From assembly GCA_965153285.1 (NCBI GenBank), contig OZ229113.1: 64,000 nt of DNA; one strand, given 5' to 3'. Under the pieces are notes generated by a model, which worked only from the letters and a program-made list of their open reading frames with translations, was not told the DNA's origin and searched no databases. Positions 1-13,398 of the stretch are shown here, piece after piece (position 1 is the stretch's first letter; each line of letters starts with the position of its first letter). The translations under genes were made by a program, and so were the position numbers. This DNA is from Podarcis tiliguerta. Its lineage: Eukaryota.

Positions 1-3000
1 CTGGCCCATGACACTGGGAGGAGAGGTGCTTTTCCAGGGCTAGCACAGAAAAAATAGTTTGTGACCTCTAAAAACAGCTGAGCAGGCCAGATCAGCACCC
101 CAGCTGGTCCTAGATCGTCCCCAAATTTGTCATTATGGAAGTTAATAAATGTTGACCAAATGGCTGACAACAAATTCATTTTCATATGTACATTTTCACA
201 ACCCCAAATGTGGCCCTCTATTCTCCCTATTCAGCCTGCAGCAACACTACCCAGGTCATGCCTCCTCCCCAAGCCGCCCCCGTCCCTGGTCTCACTAAAT
301 GCCAGGAGTGTGTCCTCAGACCGTGATGGTGGCTCTTCTTTGCCTGGATAAAGGGTGGAGGTGAAATCTAAAATTTTCTGGCTTCTGTGTGACTGCAATG
401 TAGCCTACCATTCAAAGGAATGAGTGGCATCCCTCACTCCATCCGTTTTTCTCTCTGGCCACACTCGTCAGTGCCATCAGGGCTCCCCACCCCTTCGCGA
501 CACAATGTCTAAGTAATGACCTCCATACAGAATCCCTGCTGCTTCTGGAGAGACATTATTTCTATAATCAGAATTTAACCAGGGAGTTGTTCATTTTCAT
601 AAATTTCTTCCTGGGGAGTGTAATTGTAGTCGGGTGATGGGGAATCTGTCAGTCATAGGAATGAGTGCTTTTGATATGCATTGCAGCAGAGTATTGAGGG
701 TAGGGTGTGTGTTTTTTCTCCTCTCCCCTTCTTCTATTTTTAAAGCTTTCCCAGAGCAAGGAAGAAAAACAGAGACAGTGTCACCGCTTTACTAAGCAAC
801 TGATGATTAAACCAAGGCAAGGAGTCAAAAGGGAGCACTTAATAATTGATTTGCATTGGTGCAACAACTTGGTGTCACTATTAAATGTGTCCAGTTGCTC
901 CGCAGTCTTGCCCCTGGGCTCAAGGGCTATGTACGTTCTTGTCATGCTTATGACCCCCTTTGCCTCCACCCACCCGGAGAAGAGATTGCATTTCTTGTTC
1001 AATTTACAGTATATAGCTTTTCCCCAAGATATAAGCTATATAACTGCCTCAAGCCCTGCATAATCATACATTTGTGTTATGAATTTATATGCCTTTTAGG
1101 AAGGATATTACTGAAAAACAAAACCACTATTCATGCCATTTTGATGCAGAAAGCAAGACAAGGGCATTGCATCCATCAGTGTTACATTCACTTTTCTTCT
1201 CCTCTTTCCCCTCCCCTATCACTTTGAACTCGTTTTCTATCACTGGATCACAGATTCTAAATGAGAGCATTTGTTTGGAGCCCCCCCCCCCTTTTACTAT
1301 ATGTTCTGCAACCCCTTATACAATTGCAGCAGTTTAAATATGCAGCCGCCCGTCCTTTTCTCAATGGAAAGATTTGTAAATATATTCCAAGAGAAAATTT
1401 CCTAAGCTGCAAAACCAAAAGGAGCTAGGAAAATAAATGACCTACAAGCACCAGCACCAGGGTCAGTTATCAAATCTATAGCATTGTGTCTTGAAAGGAA
1501 ATCATGGGAATGCATACTAAATGCATGACATTATTTTCTCTTTACTCCCCAAGAGGGTATGACTTTCCTGTATTTTATTTTTTTAAAAGAACACCCAACA
1601 CGTTCACACTGTAGTTTGTGTCCTGGGCTCTCAGCCTTTCCAAATGGCTCGAGACTTTAAAATTTAATCAAGGGATTTCTTAATGGAGGCTAAGGAAGAG
1701 CAACATCAGAAATACACTTGACAAAAGGGTAACAAATTTCTACTTAATTATTTACAATGGCCCTCTGCTGCTACTTAGAGACAGACTTGCAAGCATCAAA
1801 ACTGAGCAGCCTGGAAGGACAAGGGCATCAATTTGTCCTCACACCAAGCAAACAGCTTTCAAGATTGCATCTTGTTGATCTTGATGAAATTACAAGTCTA
1901 GGATCTGATGCACTGTGCCAGTAATTTACGATCACAGGTCACTGTCAGTTGAATGTTTTCCATGCACCCTGAGCTTACTTGTCATTTGCATGCAATTCAT
2001 TTTATCATCTAAATGATATTTTTCCATCAAGCCTCTGGGCAGGCAATCGCAACCTGAAAAGGTCTGTATTTTATAAAACCGACCTTTTTCATACATCACA
2101 AAATTGCAGTGTTAAAGCAATTAACCTGTTAACTCCGGAACAGGGATTCTTTTGTTGTTTTACCATTTCTGGCTTGACAGACTATGTCACTCAGTTATGA
2201 ACCTCAATACTTATGGACATTTGGTCTTTCCAAAACGTTGTTTATATTTACTTTGTTGATAGGAAATATCTTTCTTTCAGGCAACCACAGACTTTTATGT
2301 TTTGAAATTTCCAACTGCATTTTCTTTTTGTGGGATGCTGCTTTAAAAAAGAACAATGAGTGTGCAGTTTGGGAAACTGAGGGGGATATCCACTTTCCTG
2401 TCACTTTCCAGGACAACTAACATAATGTCCGAGGATTTTTCTAGCTGCTAAATCCCAGAAACTTCTGGAGTTCCCAGCAGTAGTCAGAACTGGGAAGAGC
2501 ACACACTTTTGGCCAGTATAAATAGGATGTTTGTGATAGACCCTTAACCCAACAACTCGAGGCAGCAGGGGGCAGGGAGAGATTTGCCAAGATTATTTCC
2601 TGACAGGGTGACCAGAATGACATTTGTATTCCAAGCAAGGATGAACCACAGATATATTTAATGGCATTATAATACCTGCTGCCTTATTTTCAGTTTCTTT
2701 CTCAATCATTCCAAACACAGATCTAGACTCCCCGCAACGCCCCGTGCTGCAGCAGACTGTGATACTGTTTTTAGCCAGTTTCCTATTAAGAAGATTAGAA
2801 GCAGATTATGGGCCACAAATTGAGATTTGCTGATGCTAAAAAACCACCCCTGGCAGCAGACTTCCCTGCTCATTGGCTTCAGTGTTGAGAAGGATGGGCT
2901 TGACATCAATGAAAGAACCCATAGCTGAGTGAAAGGACAACACAGTACAGCACAGACACCTTAGACAGCAAGTTGCGAGTGTCAGCCCCCATGGCTGTTT

Positions 3001-4289
3001 CCATCCTCCCAAGCTGGTACCCCAGTGGTAGGGATACTTGTTTTTTGCTGGTCTTGGATGGATGGCAGGCAGCCCCACCTAGTTGCCTTCTCCCAATGTG
3101 TGTGTGTGAACTTAACTGTTTTTCGGTTACTTTTCTGTTGCTATTTTGTTAATGTTGTTTTATAGATTATACGTTCCTCAGCTATTAGACCTTGCTTTGC
3201 ATGTCTGAAAGCCTCCCATATGGCAATGGAGAAGGCCTTTGGAAGAGCAAAGCAATGACTCAAAGACGCTTCTTTTTACAGCACTGGCTGGCTGCACTGT
3301 TAAGTAAAATTGCTTAATTGACACTGAAATGGAAAATGTCTGTCTGTATGTTGCTAACATTAAGAAAACCCATTGGAGTATACTAAGCTAGAAACAGCCC
3401 TCTCTGAGCTCTAGCTGAGTTGATAATTAACTGTTGTTGTTCTCTGTTAGTCCTCATGTGAGTGTTTAACCTTAGATCACGTGAGGGTATTCAATTGCAA
3501 ATCTCCATCTTGAATGGAGTTGCTTTTCTGGTCTTTCTCAAGAAGCCACAGTGAGAACAAAGGATGTTGCAAATGAGCCTTGGGCTGGAATGTAGGGGTA
3601 GTCCTGTCATACCTGGTTACAGCCCTGCTGAGCATGGCAAGTTCAAATAAAATTTATTCTAGTCAGAGCCTTAGGTTCTTGCTCTGATTCTCACTGGGCA
3701 AAACTCCACCTTACTCCACAAAGAGAAGAGAACTTAAGTGATGTGCATGCATGTGCAAATTAGCTCATGCATGCAGCTTCAGAAAACCAATGGTAAATTA
3801 GCCCATAAGATGCTGAGACGAGTTCAAAAGGTATTATCATAAAGGCACATGTAAATCGCTGGCTTTCCTGCTATGATTTATTATTCAGACAATCCACTTT
3901 CTATGAGTGCTTCCTAAATATGTGCTTTACCAGTTATAATTACTTTGACAATGTTTCAAGATGCTGATAGACTCATTTAATTAGCAACAGGAAAGTCAGA
4001 TGAGTGATTGCATCTGACCCCTGCAGTTCACAATGGCACGAGTTCTGCCACAGCTCTTAGGCAAGCGCCTGGCCACTGGCTGCTTTCTTATCAACTCCTA
4101 ATTAGAGGGGCTTAAGTACCTGCCTTTTAAAATACAAACTTTCTGTCTGTTATGCTGCAGTGTGCACAATCCTCTTGGGGTAGCTGTGAAATAAAGCAGA
4201 CCTTATTGACTCAGAAATGAAAGAAGTACAAAACTGTTCCCCCCCACCCCACCCTCCGGCTCATGGCCTCCCAATCTTTGTGTCCTTGG

Positions 4290-4290
<1 letters not shown>

Positions 4291-4335
<45 letters not shown>
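4291..4335. repeat. (ATT)n microsatellite
   Basis: About 15 perfect ATT units. Confidence 0.95.
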
Positions 4336-4544
4336 TTCTACCCTGCCCACAAGGTTTCATAGAGCTTTCAGGTAAAAATTAGTAAAAAAATTGTAATTAA
4401 AGGACAAACTAGGCATATGCAATTGTCACATCATTTGGTGTTATATAGCTGTTTTCATTCTTTGTTTCTTCATTTGTCTTGAAAGCAGCCAGCAAAGGGC
4501 AGTGGAGTTGGGAAAGCCAGATTGGGAGTGTCATTCATGGAAAG

Positions 4545-5334
4545 TTGCGTGTTCAGACCCAGAGACCTCCCCCCTAAATAAAGACACATTTGACTCAAAT
4601 TTTAGTTTTGGTTTTTGGCAGAATTTAGGCCACAACTTTACTGATTACACAAAGTGAGTGGTTGTATAGGCTCTGGTTTGACTAGTTCCCTACGCCCTTG
4701 CAGGTAGTGCTGACCCAGAGCTCTATCATAGGTCAGCCAAGGGTGAACACCTGAGGCAGGTGAAAAGCCTGGGAACAGACCCTGTTCGCCCCCCAGATGT
4801 TCCCCTGGACTCAGGCATGGGCACAACCCACTTTGAGGGTTGACCAAACCAAGTTGAGTCCCTGGATTCCTTTAACAGAATACCCTTCACACAGGGATGG
4901 CGAGACCGTTCTCCCATCCCTATCACTTGAACCAGTGCCTATCCGCAACCTTACAAGTTGTGAGGAATTGCTACGTGGCAGGCGAAACCCAAATGGCAAC
5001 AGCCAATCAGCCAAGTGGGGAAAATTCCTGCCGTGCCCCTGTCCCAACAACAGACTACACATGACGGCATAGCAAGGTCAATCACAAAATGCCCTAAAAT
5101 TAGGGAGAGGTGGGCGGGTGTTCCGATGCACAAGCAGAAAGAGGAAGCTCTGGGACACGTGCATGGGTTTATATTGGTCCCTCGATCCATTTAGACTGCA
5201 CCCCATTGGCCAGATTAAACCCAGCAATGAGGGACCTACCAATCGGGTGTTGTGGCTATCCAATATACCCACCCACAACCAGGAGGTCAGTCTTCAGGTC
5301 TCACCACAACATGTGCCCTCTTTTAGGGAGGACA
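4545..5334 (-). mobile_element. Solo terminal-repeat element, LTR-like or DIRS/Ngaro-like (copy A)
   Basis: On the - strand it starts TGTC...GAGGGCACATGTTGTG, then has CCAAT and ATATAAA boxes, an ACCCGCCCACC motif, and AGTAAAGTTGTGGCC near the 3' end. It is collinear with 49214-49944. No TSD found. Family assignment is from recall. Confidence 0.65.
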
Positions 5335-5400
5335 CGATGAGCTTTAATCCAGTAACTGGGAGCCTCTGTCTGTCTGTCTGTCTGATATCCACCCACCTAC

Positions 5401-5677
5401 ACCAGTGTGGTGTAGTGGTTAAGAGCGGTAGTCTCGTAATCTGGGGAACCGGGTTCGCATCTCCGCTCCTCCACATGCAGTTGCTGGGTGACCTTGGGCC
5501 AGTCACACTTCTCTGAAGTCTCTCAGCCTCACTCACCTCACAGAGTGTTTGTTGTGGGGGAGGAAGGGAAAGGAGAATGTTAGCCGCTTTGAGACTCCTT
5601 AAAGGGAGTGAAAGGCGGGATATCAAATCCAAACTACTCCTCTTCTTCTTCTTCTTCTTCTTCTTCTTCTTCTTCTT
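5401..5677 (+). mobile_element. Squam3-type tRNA-derived SINE with (CTT)n tail
   Basis: Pol III A box TGGTGTAGTGG (5408) and B-box-like GGTTCGCATC (5452), CORE-like GTGACCTTGGGC, L2-like 3' part, and a (CTT)n tail to ~5677. Confidence 0.85.
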
Positions 5678-6825
5678 TACCGCTGATGTTGCTCGCCAAC
5701 AATCTCATCCTCTTTGAGCATTGGCTATGTTGGCTGGCACTCAGGATCTTCATCCCTACTTTAACCCTTTGTCCTCTCTGCAGTACCAGTTGGAATCTGC
5801 TGCCCCATTCCTGCTATTTGGAATGGGTGGATAGCTCCCATTTAGGTCAGTTTCATTTGGTGTGCTGGGGTCACAACTTTTCTAAATGTTGACTTCTCTT
5901 GGTGCTGGACTAATACTCACTTCTACCTCAGAGTTCTGGATCCGTCTCACTTTGTTCAGGCTTGCTTTTCCTGAATCAGGTAATCTATCTTTACAATAGT
6001 TTTGAGCTGAAGGTGTTGGTTTTCTTTTTGAAGCTTTGTGTGTTCTCCGAAAATAAGACTGAACTCTAATACCAGGGAGATTTCATTGGAGAAAGGAGTA
6101 AGTTTATGAAGAATGTATTAAGAATTGCCATGGGTTTGGTATTATTTGTTGCGCATTTATTAAAACTTCTAATAAAAGCTTTATAAAAACGTTGCCTTTG
6201 TAACTGATTTCCCCTCACCTTTGTGGTTCAAAATAAAATAAAAGACAAGTTTCATTATTAGTAGCCCCATGTGATAGCCTACGCTGCTGTATCCCGGAGA
6301 GCAAATATTAGAATTGTCATACTAAACAAGCAAATGAGAGAGAAGATTCTAACCTGACATTCTAGTTTTGAATATGCAAAAAGATGCAGTTGTTGCGTAC
6401 AAGGCTGATCCTTCAAACATTGTCTTGGTCCATACATAACAATAAACATATAGGCACAAGTCTTCTCAGCATGTGGAGATTGAAAACTTTTGCTTCTGAG
6501 TTCAGATAACCATTGTTTAGCAATACAGCTGAACCTGACTGTAGTTAATCGTAACTATGGGTTAATTGAAACAAACCAGAGCCACAAACCATGGTTTATC
6601 GTTTGGTTGGTTGCTTGCTTGCTTGCTTGTTTCAACTAAACAAAGCTGTTCGAATGCTAAGCTGTGGTTTATTGTATCTGGAAGTGATTTTTTAAAATCT
6701 TTTCCTCACATGGATAAGGGGGTGCAATGTGGAATTCTGGGTTAGAGGAGTAAGATTAGGGTTGTTCTAATAATGATAAACCATTATGTATTGTTAAGTC
6801 AAAATGCAGCCCTTGTTTGTTAGTG

Positions 6826-6960
6826 CAAGCCTATGCATGATTACTCAGAAGTAAGTCCTTCTTTTTCTTACTCGCTAGTAACTGAACTTATGATTGTAGT
6901 CTAAGGTTGCAATCCTATATCCACCTACCCTGGGAGCAAGCCTAATTGATATAAGGATAA
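6826..6960. repeat. Degenerate short palindromic squamate repeat (TGCAATCCTAT...GTAAGTCC type), two adjacent copies
   Basis: GCAAGCCTATGCATG...AGAAGTAAGTCC and TGCAATCCTATATCCACCTACCCTGGGAGCAAGCC. Related copies lie near 33499-33575 and 45279-45363. Confidence 0.5.
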
Positions 6961-7914
6961 ACTATACAGCCTTCATCTCTAACAAAGTTCTGGAGGCCAC
7001 TGTGAGGTTGCTATGCAATTCCTAGGCAAGCCTTTGGGCATGGAGTGCAGAGAGTTCTGTCATTTCAGCTTTCAGCTTTTGAACTCTATGCACATGATGT
7101 GTTGAGAGCTCTGTTGCTTGCTTTCAATGAAAATGCTAAATTGAGACATCACTGAAGCCTTCAAACATAAAGTAAAGCATTTATATATGTGGATTTATTT
7201 TTAACCCTCTGCCTATGTCCATTCATTGACTGTAATGGAACAGCAGTAGATGCTTTTCACATGTTTTGCTGTAAAAGGGGGGAAAGGGAGCAAATAAAGG
7301 GATAAAGGTGACAGGAGAATGAGGTAAGAAAATGGGAGCCTAAGAATGACAACAAAAAACCCTCTCATCCTAGCACACCACTTTTTCTTTCCTCTCTTAT
7401 TTTTGGAAACTCAGTAATGATCTAGCTAAAATGACATTCATTTTACAATGTTTTCATTAATTCTTAAATGATTTAACAACAGAAGTGTGGAATGAATAAA
7501 TTATACATTAAGCATTAGAACATCAATTACAACTTACTTTTACTGTATTACTACAAGGGATGAGAAACTGTCTTCTGATTCTTGAGACAGCTGCAAAATA
7601 AACTAGCATCTCTATTGACAGTACACAGATTTATAAAGGATAACTTGAGATTCCTCTCATAGTCAAGTAGCATGTTCAAAGCTTATCTGAATCACTTTTC
7701 CATATGCACTATGGGTGCTTTCTTCTTCAAGTTCCCATTTTTAAGGGATAAGATGCCGGCAGCCTTATCTTTGCATAAGCCTGTTCCTCCAAAGAAAGAG
7801 TACAGGAAGGTCTGAATAGAGAAGGTAGATTTTTACAGTTAGGTTTCTCTACATTGGTGTATTTTTATCTTATCTTATTTTATTACTTTCTTGATCACAT
7901 CTGTACAAGTCAAG

Positions 7915-8066
7915 AAAGTTGGTGTGCTGAATAGAGAACTGAGCTTAGACTGCAGAAACTGGGTTTCAGATCCTTGCTCAGCCCTTCTGACCACACAAGG
8001 TTGTTGTGAAGATTAAAGGGGGGGGGGATACATGCCCCGCAGGAAGGTTGTTATAAAAATATAAAT
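7915..8066 (+). mobile_element. Old, decayed Squam3/MIR-like SINE
   Basis: Degenerate tRNA head (CTGGGTTTCAGATCC) and AGGTTGTTGTGAAGATTAAA core-like segment. Confidence 0.45.
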
Positions 8067-8203
8067 CATTTCATTTATACTGGCTGTATTATACCAGCTT
8101 CTCGGTCACTCTTAGAAAGGTTGAATGTAGGGCAGTTCTCTAGACCCATAAACAGTGCTCTTCTTCTAGATAAAAAGGTGTCAGTAGTGTGTATCCTTAA
8201 GTA

Positions 8204-8559
8204 GAGGTAAAGGTAAAAGGACCCCTAACCATTAGGTCCAGTCGTGGCCGACTCTGGGGTTGCGGCGCTCATCTCGCTTTATTGGCCAAGCGAGCCAGCC
8301 TACAGCTTCCGGGTCATGTGGCCAGCATGACTAAGCGGCTTCTGGCAAACCAGAGCAGTGCACGGAAACACCGTTTACCTTCCCACCGGAGCGGTAACTA
8401 TTTATCTCCTTGCACTTTGACGTGCTTTCGAACTGCTAGGTTGGCTGGAGCAGGGACCCAGCAATGGGAGCTCACCCTGTCGCGGGGATTCGAACCACCG
8501 ACCTTCTGATTGGCAAGTCCTAGGCTCTGTGGTTTAACCCACAGCGCCACCCGCGTCCC
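8204..8559 (-). mobile_element. Sauria SINE (Squam1), full length
   Basis: Starts GGGACGCGGGTGGCGCTGTGG on -, B box GGTTCGAATCCC, ends in an ACCTTT tail. 13-bp TSD gtatccttaagta (8191-8203) / gtatccttgagta (8560-8572). Confidence 0.95.
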
Positions 8560-9024
8560 GTATCCTTGAGTACCCGCCCCCCAAAAAAGCTCTGCCCATA
8601 AATACAAGACCAAGGTCTTTGGGTTTATACCTGCATTGTGTTTCCTACCATGCATACTGGCACAGTTTTGAAGGACACATTTTTTTGTAACATCAGTGTA
8701 TTGCAATTATCCCATACATGAACCCAAGGCTCTCCACTGCAGCCATTATGCCACACTGGTAAAAGTCCTCTGTAAAATAGAGCACAGTGACCAGCCTATC
8801 ATTGGCTATTTTCCTCTTAGCTGCTCTGCTCCAGCCCTCCTTTCCTAAAACTGTCCGCCCCAGCCCACTTCTTCTGACCCTTTTACTCATTCTGTTCTCG
8901 GCTTCTGGGACCTCCTCTCACCCCTCTGTCTCCCCTGTTCTCACCAGGATCTAGCAGCCCATTCAGTGGCAACCTCTCCAAGCAGCAACTGTTGTCTTCC
9001 TGAGCTGCTTGCGTGTTTCTCTCA

Positions 9025-9108
9025 GACTTCTGGTTGGCCACTGTAGGAAACAGGGTCCTAGAAAAAATGGACCATTTCCCTCACCTAGCTAGGCTCTTCT
9101 TATTTTCA
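9025..9108 (+). mobile_element. CR1 LINE 3' UTR remnant
   Basis: TGGTTGGCCACTGT...GGACCA...GGCTCTTCTTAT is similar to the reverse complement of the CR1 tail at 57343-57490. Confidence 0.5.
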
Positions 9109-11408
9109 CATGCTCCTCCCCTCTTGGCGACATGATGAGAATCCAGCCAGTCACTACCAAAGCTTTCCTCACCGCCATCTCCAGTACACAAAATCTCCTT
9201 CTACACTACAGTCCATTTTATGACTTTTATTTACAATTTTTGGGCTCTCTGTAAATTGTAACTCATACTGTTCTCATCATAGCACCATGTCAATAAGAAT
9301 AATAAAAATAATAATAATAATAGATGCCCTTTTTACAATCCTGGTTATATACATATTTCAGCAAAGATGATGTGTGTCATGATATATGGGAGAAAATTGT
9401 TTTAAATGTTTTTTAAAAGAGACTTTGAATGGGTTAAATATGTTGCTAAATCAATACAGCATACCTCATTCCAGAGTAACACTTATCTCTCTTCAAACAT
9501 CCTAATTACCATCTCACATCAAAACATTGACAAAGAAAACTCATTTCAGATCAATTTCTTATGATAGATCCCTTTTAATGATTGCTATCCATGGAGTGCA
9601 AGTTTTAATTTGTTAAGCTGACATAAAAATTAGCTCGGGTTTTCACTTACGGTTCTCTCTTCAGCGCATGGAACCAGATGGCAGTGAAAAATCAGATAAG
9701 GGAGAAATAAAGTTAGCGGGAGAAATTGGAATTGCTTAAAACTGCACATCATTTGAAAAATATGTTTTAAAAATTGAATCCCTTTCTTTAAGCTGTTCAG
9801 CAATAGCCACCAAATATACTTGGGTATTTAATTTACTTTTTGCTCTTCATTAAATTAAGATGAAGAAGCACCCATTTCTGACAATAGGTCAGATGAGCTC
9901 CAGTTTTTCTCTTTTCCTACACACCTTGGATGCGTTAAACACTTTTCCCTCTGAAGGGGAGCTCCATTTCCTGTCCAAGGGAAATACTTTTCTTGCCCAG
10001 CCTATAAATAATAAGCCACTTTAAGGTACCTGTGTAAACAGAGAAGATTTTGGCATTACACTGTGATGCAATTGGAAGTCCAGGTCATGTTGATGGAAAG
10101 ATGCCACCACACGTCAAAACAAAACAAAAAATCATGTGGGCTCTTTCCCCATAGCTGGCATTTTATGTTCTTCAACAGCTTTAAAGATCCCTAGAATTCA
10201 ACCTATCCTAGATCACAACTATTAAGATCTCCTGAAGTATTAAAGATACTTCTGTTACCTGGATTCAAAATTTAGTGGATTCCATGTTCTATGAGAAGCT
10301 CTATGACTCATCAGTTTGAATAGAATTAAGAAACAAAATTCCTTAATTCCTTATTACTGGTTTAATAAATCATGTATGGTCTGAAACGGGGAGGATTGGG
10401 CGGCTGACTGGCTCTTGAAGAAACTCTGTGCCAAATCCTTGCTTTTGAAATATAAACTGTTGCCTCCTGGGAATAATTGTAGCTCATATTCTTAAGAAGG
10501 AAATAATGGAGAGAACCTTAATCGTCTCCTTTGCTTCAAAGTGTGTTTGCTTTTTATTTATTTCTGTTAAATGTAATTAAGGAGAAACCCAGTTGCCTAG
10601 CAAAATGGGAAATGGAGTCCTTGTGGACTTACATTTCCTAAGGCCCAAGCAACAGAGCTAATAAATTTGCCTGGGCTGCACCACTATTTCTAGACAGGCA
10701 CACACACCAACTGGAGCATTTGTAGGAAAAGGTGAATTCAAAAAGCACTAAATTCAAGTCGGAAAGGAATTCACACTGCGGCTGCAAAAGAAGAAAGGAA
10801 GACTAGGGAGTACATTAACACTTAAGAGTGGCCCCCCATTCTTCCTTCGCAGCTGTGTCATATAATGGCAGGTGATAAACAGGTGTGCAACCTCAATCCA
10901 GCTCCCCATCATTGCCCTAGGCACTTAAAAGTCATCCTTTGGGAGATGGTGCATAGATTCATGATTAAGGTCCAGCATTAAGAAAAATAAATAAACTAAA
11001 AGCAGATCCCTTTTGTGCAAGTGCTTAGCCATTCAACAAAAAGGTTCTCCCTCGCTGAGCAGCGGGATCAGTTTTAAAGTTAACTGCACATAGATAGAAT
11101 CTCATTTTACATTATTACCAAAAATCTTTCATTTGCTTCAAAGCTCCTCCGATGTTTTCCCTAATCTAACCTACACATTTGCTTATGACCTTCCATCTTG
11201 CAAAATCTGGTGATGAGCAAGGGGTATGCAAAATTACATGGAAGTGTTGACAGTCTTTCTGAATTTTCCTCTCGCTGCCTTTAGAATTGTTCAGATGACT
11301 GAGCTCAAAGACCTTGCCCACCCAAAACTTGGTGACAACTGTATTTTCAGTTCTGAGTATGTTTATTTTTCTAGGGAGCAGGTGTCAAGCAGGTACTTCA
11401 CATGCAAG

Positions 11409-11733
11409 ACAGAGCCTAGGGCTTGCCGATCAGAAGGTCAGTGGTTTGAATCCCCGTGACAGGCTGAGCTCCCGTTGCTTGGTCCCTGCTCCTGCCAACC
11501 TAGCAGTTCGAAAGCACATCAAAGTGCAAGTAGATAAATAGGTACCACTCTGGCAGGAAGGTAAACAGCATTTCCATGCGCTGCTCTCTGGTTCGCCAGA
11601 AGCGGCTTAGTCATGCTGGCCACATGACCCGGAAGCTGTATGCCGGCTCTCTCAGCCAATAAAACAAGATGAGCGCCACAACCCCAGAGTCGTCCACGAC
11701 TGGACCTAACGGTCAGGTGTCCCTTTACCTTTA
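11409..11733 (+). mobile_element. Sauria SINE, 5'-truncated
   Basis: Collinear with the reverse complement of 8204-8559 from ACAGAGCCTAGG onward; ends CCCTTTACCTTTA; A box is missing. Confidence 0.93.
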
Positions 11734-13293
11734 ACATGTATAAAATAAGAATTCCACCCATCAGCCAATGCTGCTTGAGTAAATTCCACTACAAGCTAAC
11801 ATGAACTGCACCTCCCAGACTGGTACGCAGACCAGGATGTGATCAACCCCTGGATTTCACACTTCTCTGAATTTTGCAATGCTAAACAAAATAAATACCA
11901 GAATGCAGCAGAAATGCATATTTTATAATGAAAGGTTTTTAGAAATGCATATTTTGTGAGAAAATGCATGTCTTTAAAAACATAATCACTAATTAGTATG
12001 GGCCAGTAATAGACTGATCTGTCCCTAGAGTTGCGGCAAGACAGTAGGCTACTAGATCCAGAAAGCAGTAACACAAATTACTTCATAACATACATCGCAG
12101 TTTTTAATGCTCTCAGCACTAATATCAAGCCTGCTCTGCCCCTTTTCTGGCCATTTCCAGGTGACAACAATGTGTGTGTGTGCAGCAACGTACATATCAA
12201 ACAGGCATAAACCAATTGTTGCCTGTATTCAAACCTGTGAAAAATATTGTACTAGATTTCATCTGGAAGATGAACAGGTCAGTTAGATTATGTGGATCTC
12301 CCCCTCCCCCCCAAAAAGCCACTGTGTCCCATTATATTCCAAATGTTGCTGCATTGCAATATTATTGGACCTTTTGCCACGCTGGCTTGCCTGATGGAGA
12401 GTGGTAGCACAGCAAGATCTGGAGGTCCACAAGATTCCCCATACCTGCTTTATATAGTTAGTTTTCATGACAGGGAATTAAGAGAGATTAAAAGAAGAAA
12501 TTGTCTTCACTTCTTTAAGTGAGTAGCTGTTATTAGTATTGCTCTCACTCCCAATCCAGTTTTATCTCTCCTGTGTCTGAAGATGTCCCACATTCTCTTT
12601 CAAAAAGAGAGCTCTGATATGCACTCAGCATAGTAACTTTATCTGTGAGAATCTGTCTATGTTGTTCTTAGAGGTCACCCTCACCCTTGGAACAAGCCTG
12701 GGCTGAGGTCTTGAAACACTGACTGGAAAGTGTGATTATTTGTGCGCTCTCTCTCTCTCCTGTAATAAAAATAAAAAGTGTCTGCTTCTTGTCAGAGCTT
12801 AGTAAACAGCTTACAAAATGAACAGCAAAAATATCAGCAACACCTCTAAGTGCAGGCGCATGTGTCAGTGCCTATGACATTTTCTTTGTGCAGTGGACAA
12901 TTCATCAGGAATGATCGAAGCCAGGATTAACACTGTTTAACAGCGCTTGTGGCCTTCCGTGAGACCTAGGCCTGCTGACTGAGGTTTATGTCTTCAGTCA
13001 AATGCTGAATGCATAAATATCCCTGTGCTTTTCTTCTTAATCACGCTGTTCATCTGCAGCAAGATAAATTCACTGAAGTGACATTCAGGCCTAGTTCAAT
13101 TCACACAAACAGTAGGCGAGAGAGTAAAACTCTTCCCAAGCTGTACCCAATTCTGACTGCAACCGTGGCCTCATCTGGCCGAATCCTTCCCCATGAAAGT
13201 AATTCCCTGCATACACAAAACTTACATATCTTAGGAAATGGCTAGACTATAACTCTTTGTCCTCATATCTAGCTTTCTAGCTGTGGGGAAGCT

Positions 13294-13308
13294 TGTGTGT
13301 GTGAGTGT

Positions 13309-13364
<56 letters not shown>

Positions 13365-13398
13365 TATAGATAGGCAGAGACAGAGAGACACAGAGAGA
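13294..13398. repeat. Compound microsatellite (TG)n(AG)n(GACA)n
   Basis: Read directly from the sequence. Confidence 0.9.

Noticed and set aside
1450-1470. RE1/REST-like motif CCAGCACCAGGGTCAG
   Set aside because: Mismatches in both half-sites, including the GGACAG core.
3430-3463. 7-nt AG...GTGAGT mini-exon pattern (3451-3457)
   Set aside because: Not frame-preserving and has no other support; it shows that micro-exon-like patterns arise by chance here.
5401-5475. tRNA gene
   Set aside because: A and B boxes run straight into SINE body and tail with no acceptor stem or terminator; the same applies to the Sauria SINE heads.
9670-9686. CTCF-like GAACCAGATGGCAG
   Set aside because: Lacks the leading CC of the core and has no upstream motif.
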